NCBI GenBank assembly: GCA_014729735.1
Contig: WJJN01000117.1
Coordinates: 1 to 37,151 of the forward strand
DNA from: Candidatus Zhuqueibacterota bacterium
GTDB taxonomy: Bacteria > Zhuqueibacterota > Zhuqueibacteria > Thermofontimicrobiales > Thiofontviventaceae
Reading direction: 5' to 3'
DNA length: 37,151 nt
In this document: one piece after another, positions 17,362 to 26,798 of the stretch
Layout of the letters: each line of letters starts with the position of its first letter
How positions within the stretch are numbered: the stretch's first letter is position 1
Position numbers and translations under genes: made by a program
The notes under the pieces: model-generated
Told to the model about the DNA's origin: nothing
The model's input: only the letters and a program-made list of their open reading frames with translations
The model's database searches: none

Positions 17362-18795
17362 ATGTCACTAAAACAAACCAGAAGAGAATTCATTCGAAAT
17401 ATCAGTCACATTTCTGTTGGGACTTTGGCTGCTGGTACGACGATAAGTCTACTATCTTCATGTGGTAATAAAGCTAAAAAACGCAAACCAAATATCATTT
17501 ACATCCTTGCGGATGACCTGGGATATGGTGATCTGGGTTGCTACGGACAAGAACGGATTCAAACCCCGAATATCGACCGGCTCGCAGCAGAGGGGATTCG
17601 GTTTACACAACATTATGCCGGCAGCACAGTGTGTGCGCCCTCTCGCTGTTCTCTAATGACCGGACTGCATACGGGTCATGCCGCAATTCGTGGGAATTCA
17701 AGGGTTGATCCAATGGGACAGAAGCCACTTCCGGCAGAAGAAACTACTGTGGCAGATGTGCTTAAAAAAGCCGGTTACGCAACTGCTCTCATTGGCAAAT
17801 GGGGACTTGGCGGACCGGATACGGAAGGGGAACCGGGGAAACATGGTTTTGATTACTTTTTCGGCTACCTGTGCCAGCGCCATGCACATAACTATTACCC
17901 GGAATTCCTGTTCCGAAATACGGAACGCGTTCCTCTATCCAATGTTGTTGATAATGATCGTACAGACGGCGCCGGCGAAGCAACAGTCAAAAAAGAATAT
18001 GCTCACGATCTGATTATGGACGACGCATTATCATACATCGAAAAAAATCAGAAAAATCCGTTCTTCCTCTATTTATCGCCCACTATACCACATGCGAATA
18101 ATGAAGCCGGTGATCATGGTATGGAAGTCCCCACTGATGCGCCGTATTCAGAAAAGGACTGGCGCCAGCAGGAGAAAAATTTCGCCGCAATGGTCACCCG
18201 ACTGGATGAAGGCGTCGGCAAAATCATGAAAAAATTAAAACAACTGGGACTGGATCATGATACTATCGTTCTCTTTACAAGTGATAACGGACCGCATCGC
18301 GAGGGCGGGCATGACCCGGACTTCTTTGACAGCAACGGAAAATTAAGAGGAATAAAACGGGATTTATACGAAGGCGGCATTCGCGTGCCACTAATTGCTC
18401 GCTGGAAAGGAGTTATCGAGCCAGATCAGGTGAGCGATCACGTGTCAGCGTTCTGGGATTTTCTACCAACGGCTGCCGAAATTGCAGGAACAAGTTTTCC
18501 CAATAATATCGATGGAATTTCATTTTTACCGACATTACTCAATAAGTCCCAAAAAAAGCACGACCATTTTTACTGGGAATTTCATGAAGGAGAAAGTTCT
18601 CACCAGGCTGTGCGCAGCGCTAAGTGGAAGGGCGTGCGTTTCAGTCCAAAAGGAAAATTGGAATTATATGATTTATCTGCGGATGTTGAAGAGAAAAATA
18701 ATGTTGCGGATCAACATCCGGAGATCGTTCAGAAATTGGAGAAGACATTGGCAGAAGCCCACACCGAAAGTGAACTGTGGAAACTGAAACAATGA
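17362..18795 (+). CDS. S1-family (formylglycine-dependent, Cys-type) sulfatase with Tat leader and lipobox
   Basis: Motifs: PNIIYILADDLGYGDLGCYG, the FGly motif CAPSRCSLMTG (Cys codon 17632-17634), GKWGLGG and SDNGPH. The leader is KQTRREFIRN...LLSSCG. Confidence 0.93.
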   Translation: MSLKQTRREFIRNISHISVGTLAAGTTISLLSSCGNKAKKRKPNIIYILADDLGYGDLGCYGQERIQTPNIDRLAAEGIRFTQHYAGSTVCAPSRCSLMTGLHTGHAAIRGNSRVDPMGQKPLPAEETTVADVLKKAGYATALIGKWGLGGPDTEGEPGKHGFDYFFGYLCQRHAHNYYPEFLFRNTERVPLSNVVDNDRTDGAGEATVKKEYAHDLIMDDALSYIEKNQKNPFFLYLSPTIPHANNEAGDHGMEVPTDAPYSEKDWRQQEKNFAAMVTRLDEGVGKIMKKLKQLGLDHDTIVLFTSDNGPHREGGHDPDFFDSNGKLRGIKRDLYEGGIRVPLIARWKGVIEPDQVSDHVSAFWDFLPTAAEIAGTSFPNNIDGISFLPTLLNKSQKKHDHFYWEFHEGESSHQAVRSAKWKGVRFSPKGKLELYDLSADVEEKNNVADQHPEIVQKLEKTLAEAHTESELWKLKQ

Positions 18796-21161
18796 AAAAG
18801 AAATTCGTTTTTAGAATCTTTATCTCGATGCTGATCATTCTGTTCGTCAATGCCTGTGATCGTGCACCTGATAGTTCGCTATTTGTCGAAACCAAAAATA
18901 GCATTCATTTTCGGACTGTAAGCAGTTCACTGGTGATCGATAAAAATCCCTGGAAATTGACTGTATTCGATAAAAGCGGTAAAATGCAGACCAGCGAAGT
19001 AGCGCCGCCGGCTTTTAAAATAAATGATAAATGGATTACAGTTGGGAATGTGGGGTATATCGAACAGAAAAATGATCGGATGGCGGAATTGAAACTGCAA
19101 CTACGCAATGGCGCAGATGCTTCCGCAACTGTCGAAAAAATGAATAATCATGTATTTAAAATTAAAATAAAAACTGAAGCGCCGGTGACGGATATTCGGG
19201 GATCATTTTCGCTGGCAAATGAGGAAGAGGTTTATGGATTCGGCGAGATGTGGAACGGTCGGGTCGCGCAACGGGGACAGAAAATCAGGATTTGGGATCA
19301 AACCGGAACGCCGGATGAATGCGCGTACATGCCGTATTACGTAACGACAAATAATTATGCATTCTTCCTGAACTATGGCGGGCTGGTTAACTTTGACGTG
19401 GGAGCGAGTCAGTCTGACCAAATTGTCTATGAAGCGCCGACATCGAGGTTTGATGTGACGATTTTCTCCGGCGAAAGTATTGCCGGCACGGTAAATCATT
19501 TTGTTCAGCACGTCGGCAAACCGTTGATGCCTCCCCGATGGGCGTTCAAACCGTGGTACTGGTTGATGGGATCTGCCTGGGATGCAAATGATATGCAGCA
19601 GAGCGGACATGCGCATGTCATCGCAGCACAGAAATATCAGGAGATGGACATTCCGGTTTCCGTCACCTGGTTCGAGCCCAAATGGCAGACCGCCCGCAAT
19701 TCATTCATCACCCCCAAATCCTTTAGCTCCGATGTGAGCGCAGTGATCGATACGTTGCACAAAATGGGAATAAAAGTCCTGGGCTGGACTGCTCCGTACA
19801 CGACTTCTGCCGCTCCGAATTGGAACGCTGCCATTGAAAATGGATTTCTCGTCAAAAAACCGGACGGCGAGCTGGTCGATCCGAAAGTGACGACTTCCGG
19901 CGAAGTGGTCGCCGGTGGATATCATTACATCGATTTTACCAATCCTGCTGCCCGAAGCTGGTGGCAGAGCGAAATCGCCAAAGGGCTGGATGTCGGACTG
20001 GATGGCTATAAAATGGATTCAGGACAGTATCTGCCGGAAGATGCCATTTTACACAACGGCGAATTGGGAAAGGATTATCATAATTCGTACGGTTTGTACT
20101 ATAAAATGACATTTTATGAAATTCTATCCGAACGATTGGACAATGATTTTATGATGCTGCCCCGCGCTGCCTGGGTTGGCTCTCAGAAATATACGAATTT
20201 CAAATGGCCCGGAGATTTATCTGCCAGTTTTGCTGAAAACGGATTGCCATCGTCGGTCTATTCGAGCCTGTCTCTGACGTTCTGTGGGATGCCGTTTCTT
20301 TCTACGGATATTGGTGGCTTTGAAAATCGTCCGCCCACGGAGCATGTTTGGATTCGCTGGGCACAGTTCGGTACGTTTCTGCCGGGGATGCAAACACTGG
20401 CAATGCCGTACTGGTACTCAGATGAAGCGATTCAGCATTACCGTTATCTTTCCTGGCTGCACACGGAGCTGGTTCCATTCTGGATGAGTCTTGCGCATGA
20501 AGCGCATGAGACCGGCGCCCCACTTGTGCGTCCGCTGGTATGGACGTTTCAGGATGATAAAAAAAGCTGGCATATCAAAGATCAGTTCACAGTCGGTGAT
20601 GCGTTTTTGGTCGCACCCGTAATCACTCCCGAACACCGCCGACAAGTCTACCTGCCACCGGGTAACTGGTACAATTTCAGCGATGATGCTAAAAAATGGC
20701 AGGGATCGGCTGAATTGAGCTGGGAGGGCGATTTATGGCAATTCCCGGTATACATTCGGGAAGGCGCCATCCTTCCACTGGAGGTGCGGCGGGATATTAC
20801 CGGATTTGGCTGGCGTGAATCAAAAAATTATATCACCATCGCTATCTGGCCGGATAGGAATAATGCCTCAACCTTTGTTTTGCATGATCAGGAAAAACCG
20901 GTCAATTTTACCATGACTCAATCAAACGACGATTGGAAAATTAGCTGGTCGCCATCTGAAAAGGATTATCTGTTCCGAATTCACGGTGAATATGTGAATC
21001 CACAGCAGTTAGTTTACAATGACAATGAATTAAAAGAGTTCGATGAATTAATGACGTTTCGTAAGAGCCATGAAGATGGCTGGTATTTTGACACGAATCA
21101 AAATAAACTCTGGATTAGAAAAACCGCGACGAATAAATCGACGACACTTTGGGTAAAATGA
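18792..21161 (+). CDS. GH31 glycoside hydrolase (alpha-glycosidase), lipoprotein
   Basis: The preferred start, ATG 18792, overlaps the sulfatase stop as ATGA and gives MKKKFVFRIFISMLIILFVNAC. GH31 motifs are GLDGYKMDSGQY (nucleophile region, compare YicI KTDFGE) and KWPGDLSASF...GMPFLSTDIGGF. Confidence 0.86.
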   Translation: MKKKFVFRIFISMLIILFVNACDRAPDSSLFVETKNSIHFRTVSSSLVIDKNPWKLTVFDKSGKMQTSEVAPPAFKINDKWITVGNVGYIEQKNDRMAELKLQLRNGADASATVEKMNNHVFKIKIKTEAPVTDIRGSFSLANEEEVYGFGEMWNGRVAQRGQKIRIWDQTGTPDECAYMPYYVTTNNYAFFLNYGGLVNFDVGASQSDQIVYEAPTSRFDVTIFSGESIAGTVNHFVQHVGKPLMPPRWAFKPWYWLMGSAWDANDMQQSGHAHVIAAQKYQEMDIPVSVTWFEPKWQTARNSFITPKSFSSDVSAVIDTLHKMGIKVLGWTAPYTTSAAPNWNAAIENGFLVKKPDGELVDPKVTTSGEVVAGGYHYIDFTNPAARSWWQSEIAKGLDVGLDGYKMDSGQYLPEDAILHNGELGKDYHNSYGLYYKMTFYEILSERLDNDFMMLPRAAWVGSQKYTNFKWPGDLSASFAENGLPSSVYSSLSLTFCGMPFLSTDIGGFENRPPTEHVWIRWAQFGTFLPGMQTLAMPYWYSDEAIQHYRYLSWLHTELVPFWMSLAHEAHETGAPLVRPLVWTFQDDKKSWHIKDQFTVGDAFLVAPVITPEHRRQVYLPPGNWYNFSDDAKKWQGSAELSWEGDLWQFPVYIREGAILPLEVRRDITGFGWRESKNYITIAIWPDRNNASTFVLHDQEKPVNFTMTQSNDDWKISWSPSEKDYLFRIHGEYVNPQQLVYNDNELKEFDELMTFRKSHEDGWYFDTNQNKLWIRKTATNKSTTLWVK

Positions 21162-21174
21162 AAGATTCAATTCA

Positions 21175-23217
21175 ATGAAAAAAACAGATATATTGTATAT
21201 TTTAATCATCACCGGATTTATCATTTCAGCATTTAAAAATAGTTCGGCAGAGGATTATGAGAGAATAAAGGCGAAATGGCTAAAACAGGGAATTGTGGAT
21301 GCCGGAGGAAGTCACGAACCGTACATGTTTCGGATTCGCCGTGGTGGCTTCAATCTGCGCACTGACGAATGGGAACACTATCTGGCAGAGCACTCGGAAG
21401 AGAATGTCAAACGGCTGTCCGATTTAGGTGTGAATGTCTATCATACCCATTTTTACAAGGGATTCGGTATGGCGGCTGAAATGGAAGAAATGGAGCGCAC
21501 AAAGGAACTGGCGGAGATTGTACACAAATACGGCATGAAGATCGACACGTATCTCCAGTGGGGTTCCATTATGTATGAAACGTTCTTTGATGAAATTCCA
21601 GCCGCAAGAAACTGGATCGAGGTGGACCAGTTCGGAGACCCCATTTTGCGCTATTCGAACCGGCAGTTTTTCCGATATGCGCCCTGCATCAATAATGAAA
21701 ATTATAAAGCGTATTTGAAAAAAGTCATTCGCTATGCTGTGGAAGAGGTGAAGACCGATTTTATTCATTTTGATAATTTTGGCGGACTTAAAGAGCCAAA
21801 ATCCTGTCATTGTCCGGTATGTACGCAAAAGTTTCGCGAATACCTTAAAGAGAAGTATGATGAGGAAGGTCTCAAACAACGATTCGGTTTTTCGAATCTG
21901 AATAATATACTGCCACCCCAAGCCGATCGATGGGCTCACAACTGGGATTATTCCGCCATCGTGGATCCGGTGATTCAGGAATGGATTGAATTTCGATGCA
22001 TCAGTTTGAGTAATGCGCTCCGGGAAATGGCACAATATATCAAAAGCCTGAATCCGGAAACTGTAGTCGAAGTCAATTTTAATCCGGGACTTTCAGGATG
22101 GAATCTTGCCCTGCGCGGGAAATCGCCGAAATACATTCTCCCCAACACCGAGGTTGTTTGGACTGAAGAACGGAATACTGCCGAAATGACCGAAGATGGT
22201 AGATTGGTCTCTGAAATTCGTTCCTATAAAATGGCGCGCATGTTTGACAATATCGCATTTACCTGGGTCGGTAAAAGTGAGCTTTCACTGGCATGCGGGC
22301 TGGCGTTTAATCAAACAATGGGATATATCGGAGAGCTATCTTTCCCGCCGATGGTGTTGCGCTATCTCGATTTCTACAAGCAAAACAGGCACCATTTCAC
22401 AGTAACAACCGATGTTGCCGATGTTGCGATCTTGCGATCTTTTGCAACGATGACGTACAATTTTTTCGCCGGCGTAGTGTCGACAACTCTCTTTGAACAA
22501 ACACTGCTGCAAGCCAAAATTCCGTTTGATATTATTTTTGATCAGCATTTAAATGACCTGTCACAATATAAAGTGCTCGTACTGGCGAATCAAACCTGTC
22601 TGTCTGATGAGCAACTCGGTGTCGTTCGACAATTTGTGGAAAATGGTGGTGGATTAGTTTTTACGGAAAATACATCACTTTACAACGAACGGGTGTGGAC
22701 TCGACCGCAGTTGGGATTGGCAGATTTATTTGACTCTGAAACAGCGCCAACGCCTGATTCAGAGGAAAAGGAAATCAGGGAATCGGTCAGTAAGGGACGA
22801 GCAGTGTATATTCCGATCGTACAACCCGCGAAACCGCTGCCCCGGGACCGGGATTCATTCACCAGTAAGCACTGGTATTTACCGGTAAATTGGCGACAAT
22901 TAGCCGATGCAGTTCGATGGGCGGGAAATGAAGATTTTTCAGTTGTGGTGGAAGGTCCGACTTCGCTGCTCATGAATTTAGTCGAGCAAAAAAAAACCGG
23001 CAATCTGATACTGCATCTGCTGAATTTCAATGCAAATAAACCGGAAAAAGATATCCCGGTTCAAATTACAAAAAATCAGAACAAGCGGATAAGCCGAATC
23101 AGTTATAAATCCCCGGATGAAAAAGAAGAGCAGAAAATAATGTTTACGGACGAGGAAGAAAAATTGACTTTTACAGTACCAGGTGTGAGTGTGTATGGTA
23201 TTGTTGTGATTGAATAA
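21175..23217 (+). CDS. GH42-like protein (TIM barrel with Zn-Cys cluster + trimerisation-type domain), secreted; acid/base position not conserved
   Basis: Signal peptide MKKTDILYILIITGFIISAF. APCINNENYKAY...FDNFGGLKEPKSCHCPVCTQKFREYLKEKY parallels the Thermus A4 beta-galactosidase segment YCFSSPVYRE...[30 protein letters not shown] (recalled from memory). YKVLVLANQTCLSDEQLGVVRQFVENGGGLVF matches the GH42 domain B pattern. Confidence 0.6.
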   Translation: MKKTDILYILIITGFIISAFKNSSAEDYERIKAKWLKQGIVDAGGSHEPYMFRIRRGGFNLRTDEWEHYLAEHSEENVKRLSDLGVNVYHTHFYKGFGMAAEMEEMERTKELAEIVHKYGMKIDTYLQWGSIMYETFFDEIPAARNWIEVDQFGDPILRYSNRQFFRYAPCINNENYKAYLKKVIRYAVEEVKTDFIHFDNFGGLKEPKSCHCPVCTQKFREYLKEKYDEEGLKQRFGFSNLNNILPPQADRWAHNWDYSAIVDPVIQEWIEFRCISLSNALREMAQYIKSLNPETVVEVNFNPGLSGWNLALRGKSPKYILPNTEVVWTEERNTAEMTEDGRLVSEIRSYKMARMFDNIAFTWVGKSELSLACGLAFNQTMGYIGELSFPPMVLRYLDFYKQNRHHFTVTTDVADVAILRSFATMTYNFFAGVVSTTLFEQTLLQAKIPFDIIFDQHLNDLSQYKVLVLANQTCLSDEQLGVVRQFVENGGGLVFTENTSLYNERVWTRPQLGLADLFDSETAPTPDSEEKEIRESVSKGRAVYIPIVQPAKPLPRDRDSFTSKHWYLPVNWRQLADAVRWAGNEDFSVVVEGPTSLLMNLVEQKKTGNLILHLLNFNANKPEKDIPVQITKNQNKRISRISYKSPDEKEEQKIMFTDEEEKLTFTVPGVSVYGIVVIE

Positions 23218-23358
23218 CATTCAGAATTACAATCTCTTAAAATCACGAATCCCAAAGCATACAACGATCAGGAAAATTCACTTTTCATCGTCTTTTTTGC
23301 TGTGTTCTGTGACTTCGTGGTAAGATAAATATTTTCAAGTAAAATCGAAGGAATCCAA

Positions 23359-24588
23359 ATGAATCAATTTAAGATAATTTTCATATCGTTATTCATAATT
23401 TTTGTCGCATTAACAACTACAACGTATTCCGGAGAAAAAAATTCCACCCGTGTGCAGGGACTGTTCTATCTGGATGGTGAGCCGATTTCCGTTGTCATCG
23501 AAGACGGGCGCATCTCGCAAATAATCCGGAATAAAAAAGCCACATCGTCTGATGTTTACATCGCACCGGGGCTCATCGATGTCCAGCTGAACGGATACGC
23601 TGGTGTCAGTTTTACACAAGCTGGTTTAACCTTAGAAGAAGTGCGCCAGGCAACCAGAGCATTGTGGAAGGAAGGAGTGACCACGTATTTACCGACAATC
23701 ATCTCTGCCAGTCACCAGCGAATCAAAGAAAATATGGCTGTTCTGTCAGATGCCCATGAAGACGATGAAATCGGTGTATCGATCCCGGGATTCTTTTTGG
23801 AAGGACCTTACATTTCTCCGATTGACGGATTCCGGGGCGCTCACTCCAAAGAATGGGTGCGTCAACCGGACTGGGATGAATTTATGGAATATTATGAAGC
23901 CTCCGGCGGGAACATACTCCAGGTGACACTGGCGCCCGAAATGGAAAATGCGATGGAGTTCATTCGTAAATGCACAGCTCGCGGAATCCTTGTCGGACTG
24001 GGGCATCATAACGGTTCTGCTGAAATTATCAAACAAGCTGTCGATGCCGGCGCCCGAATTTCCACGCATCTGGGAAATGGCTGCGCCAACACGATCCACC
24101 GTCACCATAATCCCCTGTGGGCACAATTGGCTGATGATCGGTTAAACGCGACGATCATCGTCGATGGGCATCATCTGACACAGGACGAAGTGCAGGTATT
24201 TTATAAAGCCAAAGGTCCGGATCGAATTCTATTAGTGTCCGACGTCACCAAACTGGCAGGAATGGCTCCTGGTGAATACAATTGGGATGGAAAGCGCGTG
24301 GTGATGACTCCTGACGGTATGTTGAAATATCCGGAACAGGACGTGCTTGCCGGTGCTTCACTGCCAATTCGCATCGGAGTTGGTAACCTGATGAAATATA
24401 CGCATTGTCCCCTGTCCGAAGCAATACATGCTGCAAGCCGAAGTCAGGCTCGGGTATTTGGCTTTTCTGATCGCGGAGAAATTTTACCCGGAAAACGGGC
24501 TGATCTCATTTTATTTACGATAGAAAATAACACGCTGCACATCATTCAAACCATTGTCGCTGGTGTAACAGTTTTTCAACAGGACTAA
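23359..24588 (+). CDS. nagA: N-acetylglucosamine-6-phosphate deacetylase homologue with N-terminal signal/anchor
   Basis: APGLIDVQLNGYAGVSF (E. coli-type QxN metal site), LEGPYIS, QVTLAPE, GLGHHN, STHLGNG, IIVDGHH and LVSD are collinear with E. coli NagA. The first 25 aa (MNQFKIIFISLFIIFVALTTTTYSG) are hydrophobic. AAGGAA sits 6 nt before the ATG. Confidence 0.88.
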   Translation: MNQFKIIFISLFIIFVALTTTTYSGEKNSTRVQGLFYLDGEPISVVIEDGRISQIIRNKKATSSDVYIAPGLIDVQLNGYAGVSFTQAGLTLEEVRQATRALWKEGVTTYLPTIISASHQRIKENMAVLSDAHEDDEIGVSIPGFFLEGPYISPIDGFRGAHSKEWVRQPDWDEFMEYYEASGGNILQVTLAPEMENAMEFIRKCTARGILVGLGHHNGSAEIIKQAVDAGARISTHLGNGCANTIHRHHNPLWAQLADDRLNATIIVDGHHLTQDEVQVFYKAKGPDRILLVSDVTKLAGMAPGEYNWDGKRVVMTPDGMLKYPEQDVLAGASLPIRIGVGNLMKYTHCPLSEAIHAASRSQARVFGFSDRGEILPGKRADLILFTIENNTLHIIQTIVAGVTVFQQD

Positions 24589-24606
24589 ATAGTGGAGTAA
24601 ATTTTA

Positions 24607-25845
24607 ATGAAAACAAGTATTCATGTGAAGATACTTCGAGCGTTAAGTTCAGTTGGTCCGGGACTATTTTTAATAGGATATAACATCGGTACCGGGAGCG
24701 TGACCACAATGGCAAAATCCGGCGCTGAGTATGGAATGTCACTATTCTGGGCACTGGTGCTATCGTGTATCTTCACCTACTTTTTGATGGTTGCTTACGG
24801 ACAATTCACCTTGATAACCGGACAAACCGCGCTTCATAATTTCAAAACACATTTTCAATATGGTAAGATATTAGCGCTTTATATTATGGCAGCACTGATT
24901 CTTGGAGAAATATTAGCGTTAATGGGAATCATGGGTATCGTTTCAGAGCTGCTCCAGGAAGGTTCCAGGCTTTTATTCGGCGGAAACGGCTTTGATCCTT
25001 TTTGGATTATGCTGATTCTTGTCCTCGGGTTGTACGCATTGCTTTGGTATGGCAGATACCAGATATTTGAAAAAGTGTTAACTGTTTTTGTTATTCTCAT
25101 GGGACTCTGTTTTATCGTGGTTTTTTTCATAGTGAAACCGAGTCTTTCGGTAATCGCTAGTGGTCTGGTTCCACGGGTACCACGCGTTCCCGGCGCTTTC
25201 GGACTGGTTGCCGCCATGGCAGGAACCACATGCTCGGCTGCGGTTTTTATCATGCGCAGTACAGTGGTTGCGGAAAAAGGCTGGAAAATTAATCACCTTA
25301 AAAATGAGAAAAAGGACGCGGCTGTCTCCGCGACCATGATGTTGTTTTTAAGCGGAATTATCATGGCGGTTTCTGCCGGCACATTGCATCTGATGAGTTT
25401 AAAGCTGGAAAATACCATCGAGATGATTCATCTGTTCCAGCCCATTGGCGGAAAAATCGCAGCGTTTATTCTCATTCTGGGAATTACCGGAGCCGGGCTT
25501 TCAACCATATTCCCAATTGTATTAATCGCTCCCTGGCTCATCAGTGATTACACCGGAAAACCGAGAGATATTCATTCTCCGATGTATCGAATCCTTGGAT
25601 TTGTCGGAATTTTGTTCAGCTTCGGGATGCTTGTTTTAAAACAAAAACCACCGGCGTTGATGGTTTTTTCGCAGGCATTTCAGGCATGTATTTTACCAGC
25701 AGTTGCTATACCGGTGTTAATTTTGATGAATCGATCACAGATCATGACGCAACATAAAATAAGCCACAGAATGAATATCGGGCTTATTGCAGTCATTCTG
25801 TTTTCACTACTAACGACTTATTTTGCTTTATCGGAATTATTCTAA
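24607..25845 (+). CDS. NRAMP/SLC11-family membrane transporter homologue lacking the canonical metal-binding motifs
   Basis: 412 aa with ~11 hydrophobic spans. VGPGLFLIGYNIGTGSVTTMAKSGAEYGMSLFWALVLS aligns with the Nramp TM1 signature GPG...DPGN...G..fGY.LLW. GTTCSAAVFIMRS aligns with TM6 GAxxMPHNLyLHS. Confidence 0.72.
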   Translation: MKTSIHVKILRALSSVGPGLFLIGYNIGTGSVTTMAKSGAEYGMSLFWALVLSCIFTYFLMVAYGQFTLITGQTALHNFKTHFQYGKILALYIMAALILGEILALMGIMGIVSELLQEGSRLLFGGNGFDPFWIMLILVLGLYALLWYGRYQIFEKVLTVFVILMGLCFIVVFFIVKPSLSVIASGLVPRVPRVPGAFGLVAAMAGTTCSAAVFIMRSTVVAEKGWKINHLKNEKKDAAVSATMMLFLSGIIMAVSAGTLHLMSLKLENTIEMIHLFQPIGGKIAAFILILGITGAGLSTIFPIVLIAPWLISDYTGKPRDIHSPMYRILGFVGILFSFGMLVLKQKPPALMVFSQAFQACILPAVAIPVLILMNRSQIMTQHKISHRMNIGLIAVILFSLLTTYFALSELF

Positions 25846-25990
25846 ATTTTGCTAAACCTAACTCAGACAAGCTGCAATTAAAAATGTAAAATGAAAAATT
25901 AAAAACTCATAAAATTGACCATATAAATTTTCTGCAAAAAAAAGCACAGAATTTAACCTGTCAGGTACTATTTAATGAAAGGAATTCATA

Positions 25991-26779
25991 ATGAACAATG
26001 TTACTCCAAATCATGCATTTAAAGTCGATCAATTACAGGTAAAAATATACGATTCGAGCATATCGATGGGACAGGCAGCGTCGGATTTTGTTGCCGGTGA
26101 ATTGAATCGCGCAACCCAGAAACGAGGATATGCCAACTTGATTTTCGCCACCGGTGCCTCCCAATTCAAATTTATCGATGCTTTTAAAAAGGATAAAACT
26201 GTAGACTGGGCCCGGATCACCGTATTTCACCTGGATGAATACAAAGGCATGTCAGATCAGCATCCTGCCAGCTTCAGGCGTTATTTAAAAGAGAGAATTC
26301 TGGATGAGGTAAAACCACAGCAAATTTATTTTCTGAATGGCGATGTTGATGATATCGATGCAGAAGTAACCAATTATGAACGATTACTGAAACAACATCC
26401 TGTTGATGTGGCGTGCATCGGCATAGGAGAAAACGGGCATATTGCATTTAACGATCCCCCGGTTGCTGATTTTAATGATCCGAAACTTGTTAAAGTCCTC
26501 GAATTGGATGAAGCCTGTCGCAAACAGCAACTGGGGGAAGGCTGGTTTGATACGATTCACGATGTTCCGACACACGCATTGAGTTTGACGATCCCGGCGA
26601 TTATGCAGTGTCAGGCTGTAAGTACTGCGGTGCCGGACTTACGAAAAGCAGATGCAGTGTATAACACTCTGAATAGTGAAATCAGTACAAGCTGCCCCGC
26701 TACTATATTGCGAACGCATCCGAAGGCAGTATTATTTCTCGATCCTGATTCTGCATCAAAATTGGAAAAAGCAGAATAG
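25991..26779 (+). CDS. nagB: glucosamine-6-phosphate deaminase
   Basis: 262 aa with no signal peptide. FATGASQ, TVFHLDEYKGM, IGIGENGHIAFNDPP and THPKAVLFLD match the E. coli NagB pattern (GLPTGGTP, TFNMDEYVGL, GVGNDGHIAFNEP, LHPKAIMVCD). Confidence 0.88.
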   Translation: MNNVTPNHAFKVDQLQVKIYDSSISMGQAASDFVAGELNRATQKRGYANLIFATGASQFKFIDAFKKDKTVDWARITVFHLDEYKGMSDQHPASFRRYLKERILDEVKPQQIYFLNGDVDDIDAEVTNYERLLKQHPVDVACIGIGENGHIAFNDPPVADFNDPKLVKVLELDEACRKQQLGEGWFDTIHDVPTHALSLTIPAIMQCQAVSTAVPDLRKADAVYNTLNSEISTSCPATILRTHPKAVLFLDPDSASKLEKAE

Positions 26780-26798
26780 TATTATGAAAGGAGTGAAA

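Noticed and set aside
21424-22035. 203-aa antisense ORF inside the GH42-like gene.
   Set aside because: It is codon-aligned with the sense frame, so it is a shadow ORF. It has no motifs, and the sense frame carries the GH42 Zn-cluster block.
26676-26798. N-terminal extension of the beta-helix protein as given by the track; it overlaps the nagB 3' end by ~100 nt.
   Set aside because: The extension has no leader-like features. ATG 26799 has a GGAG 5 nt upstream and yields a proper signal peptide 20 nt after the nagB stop.
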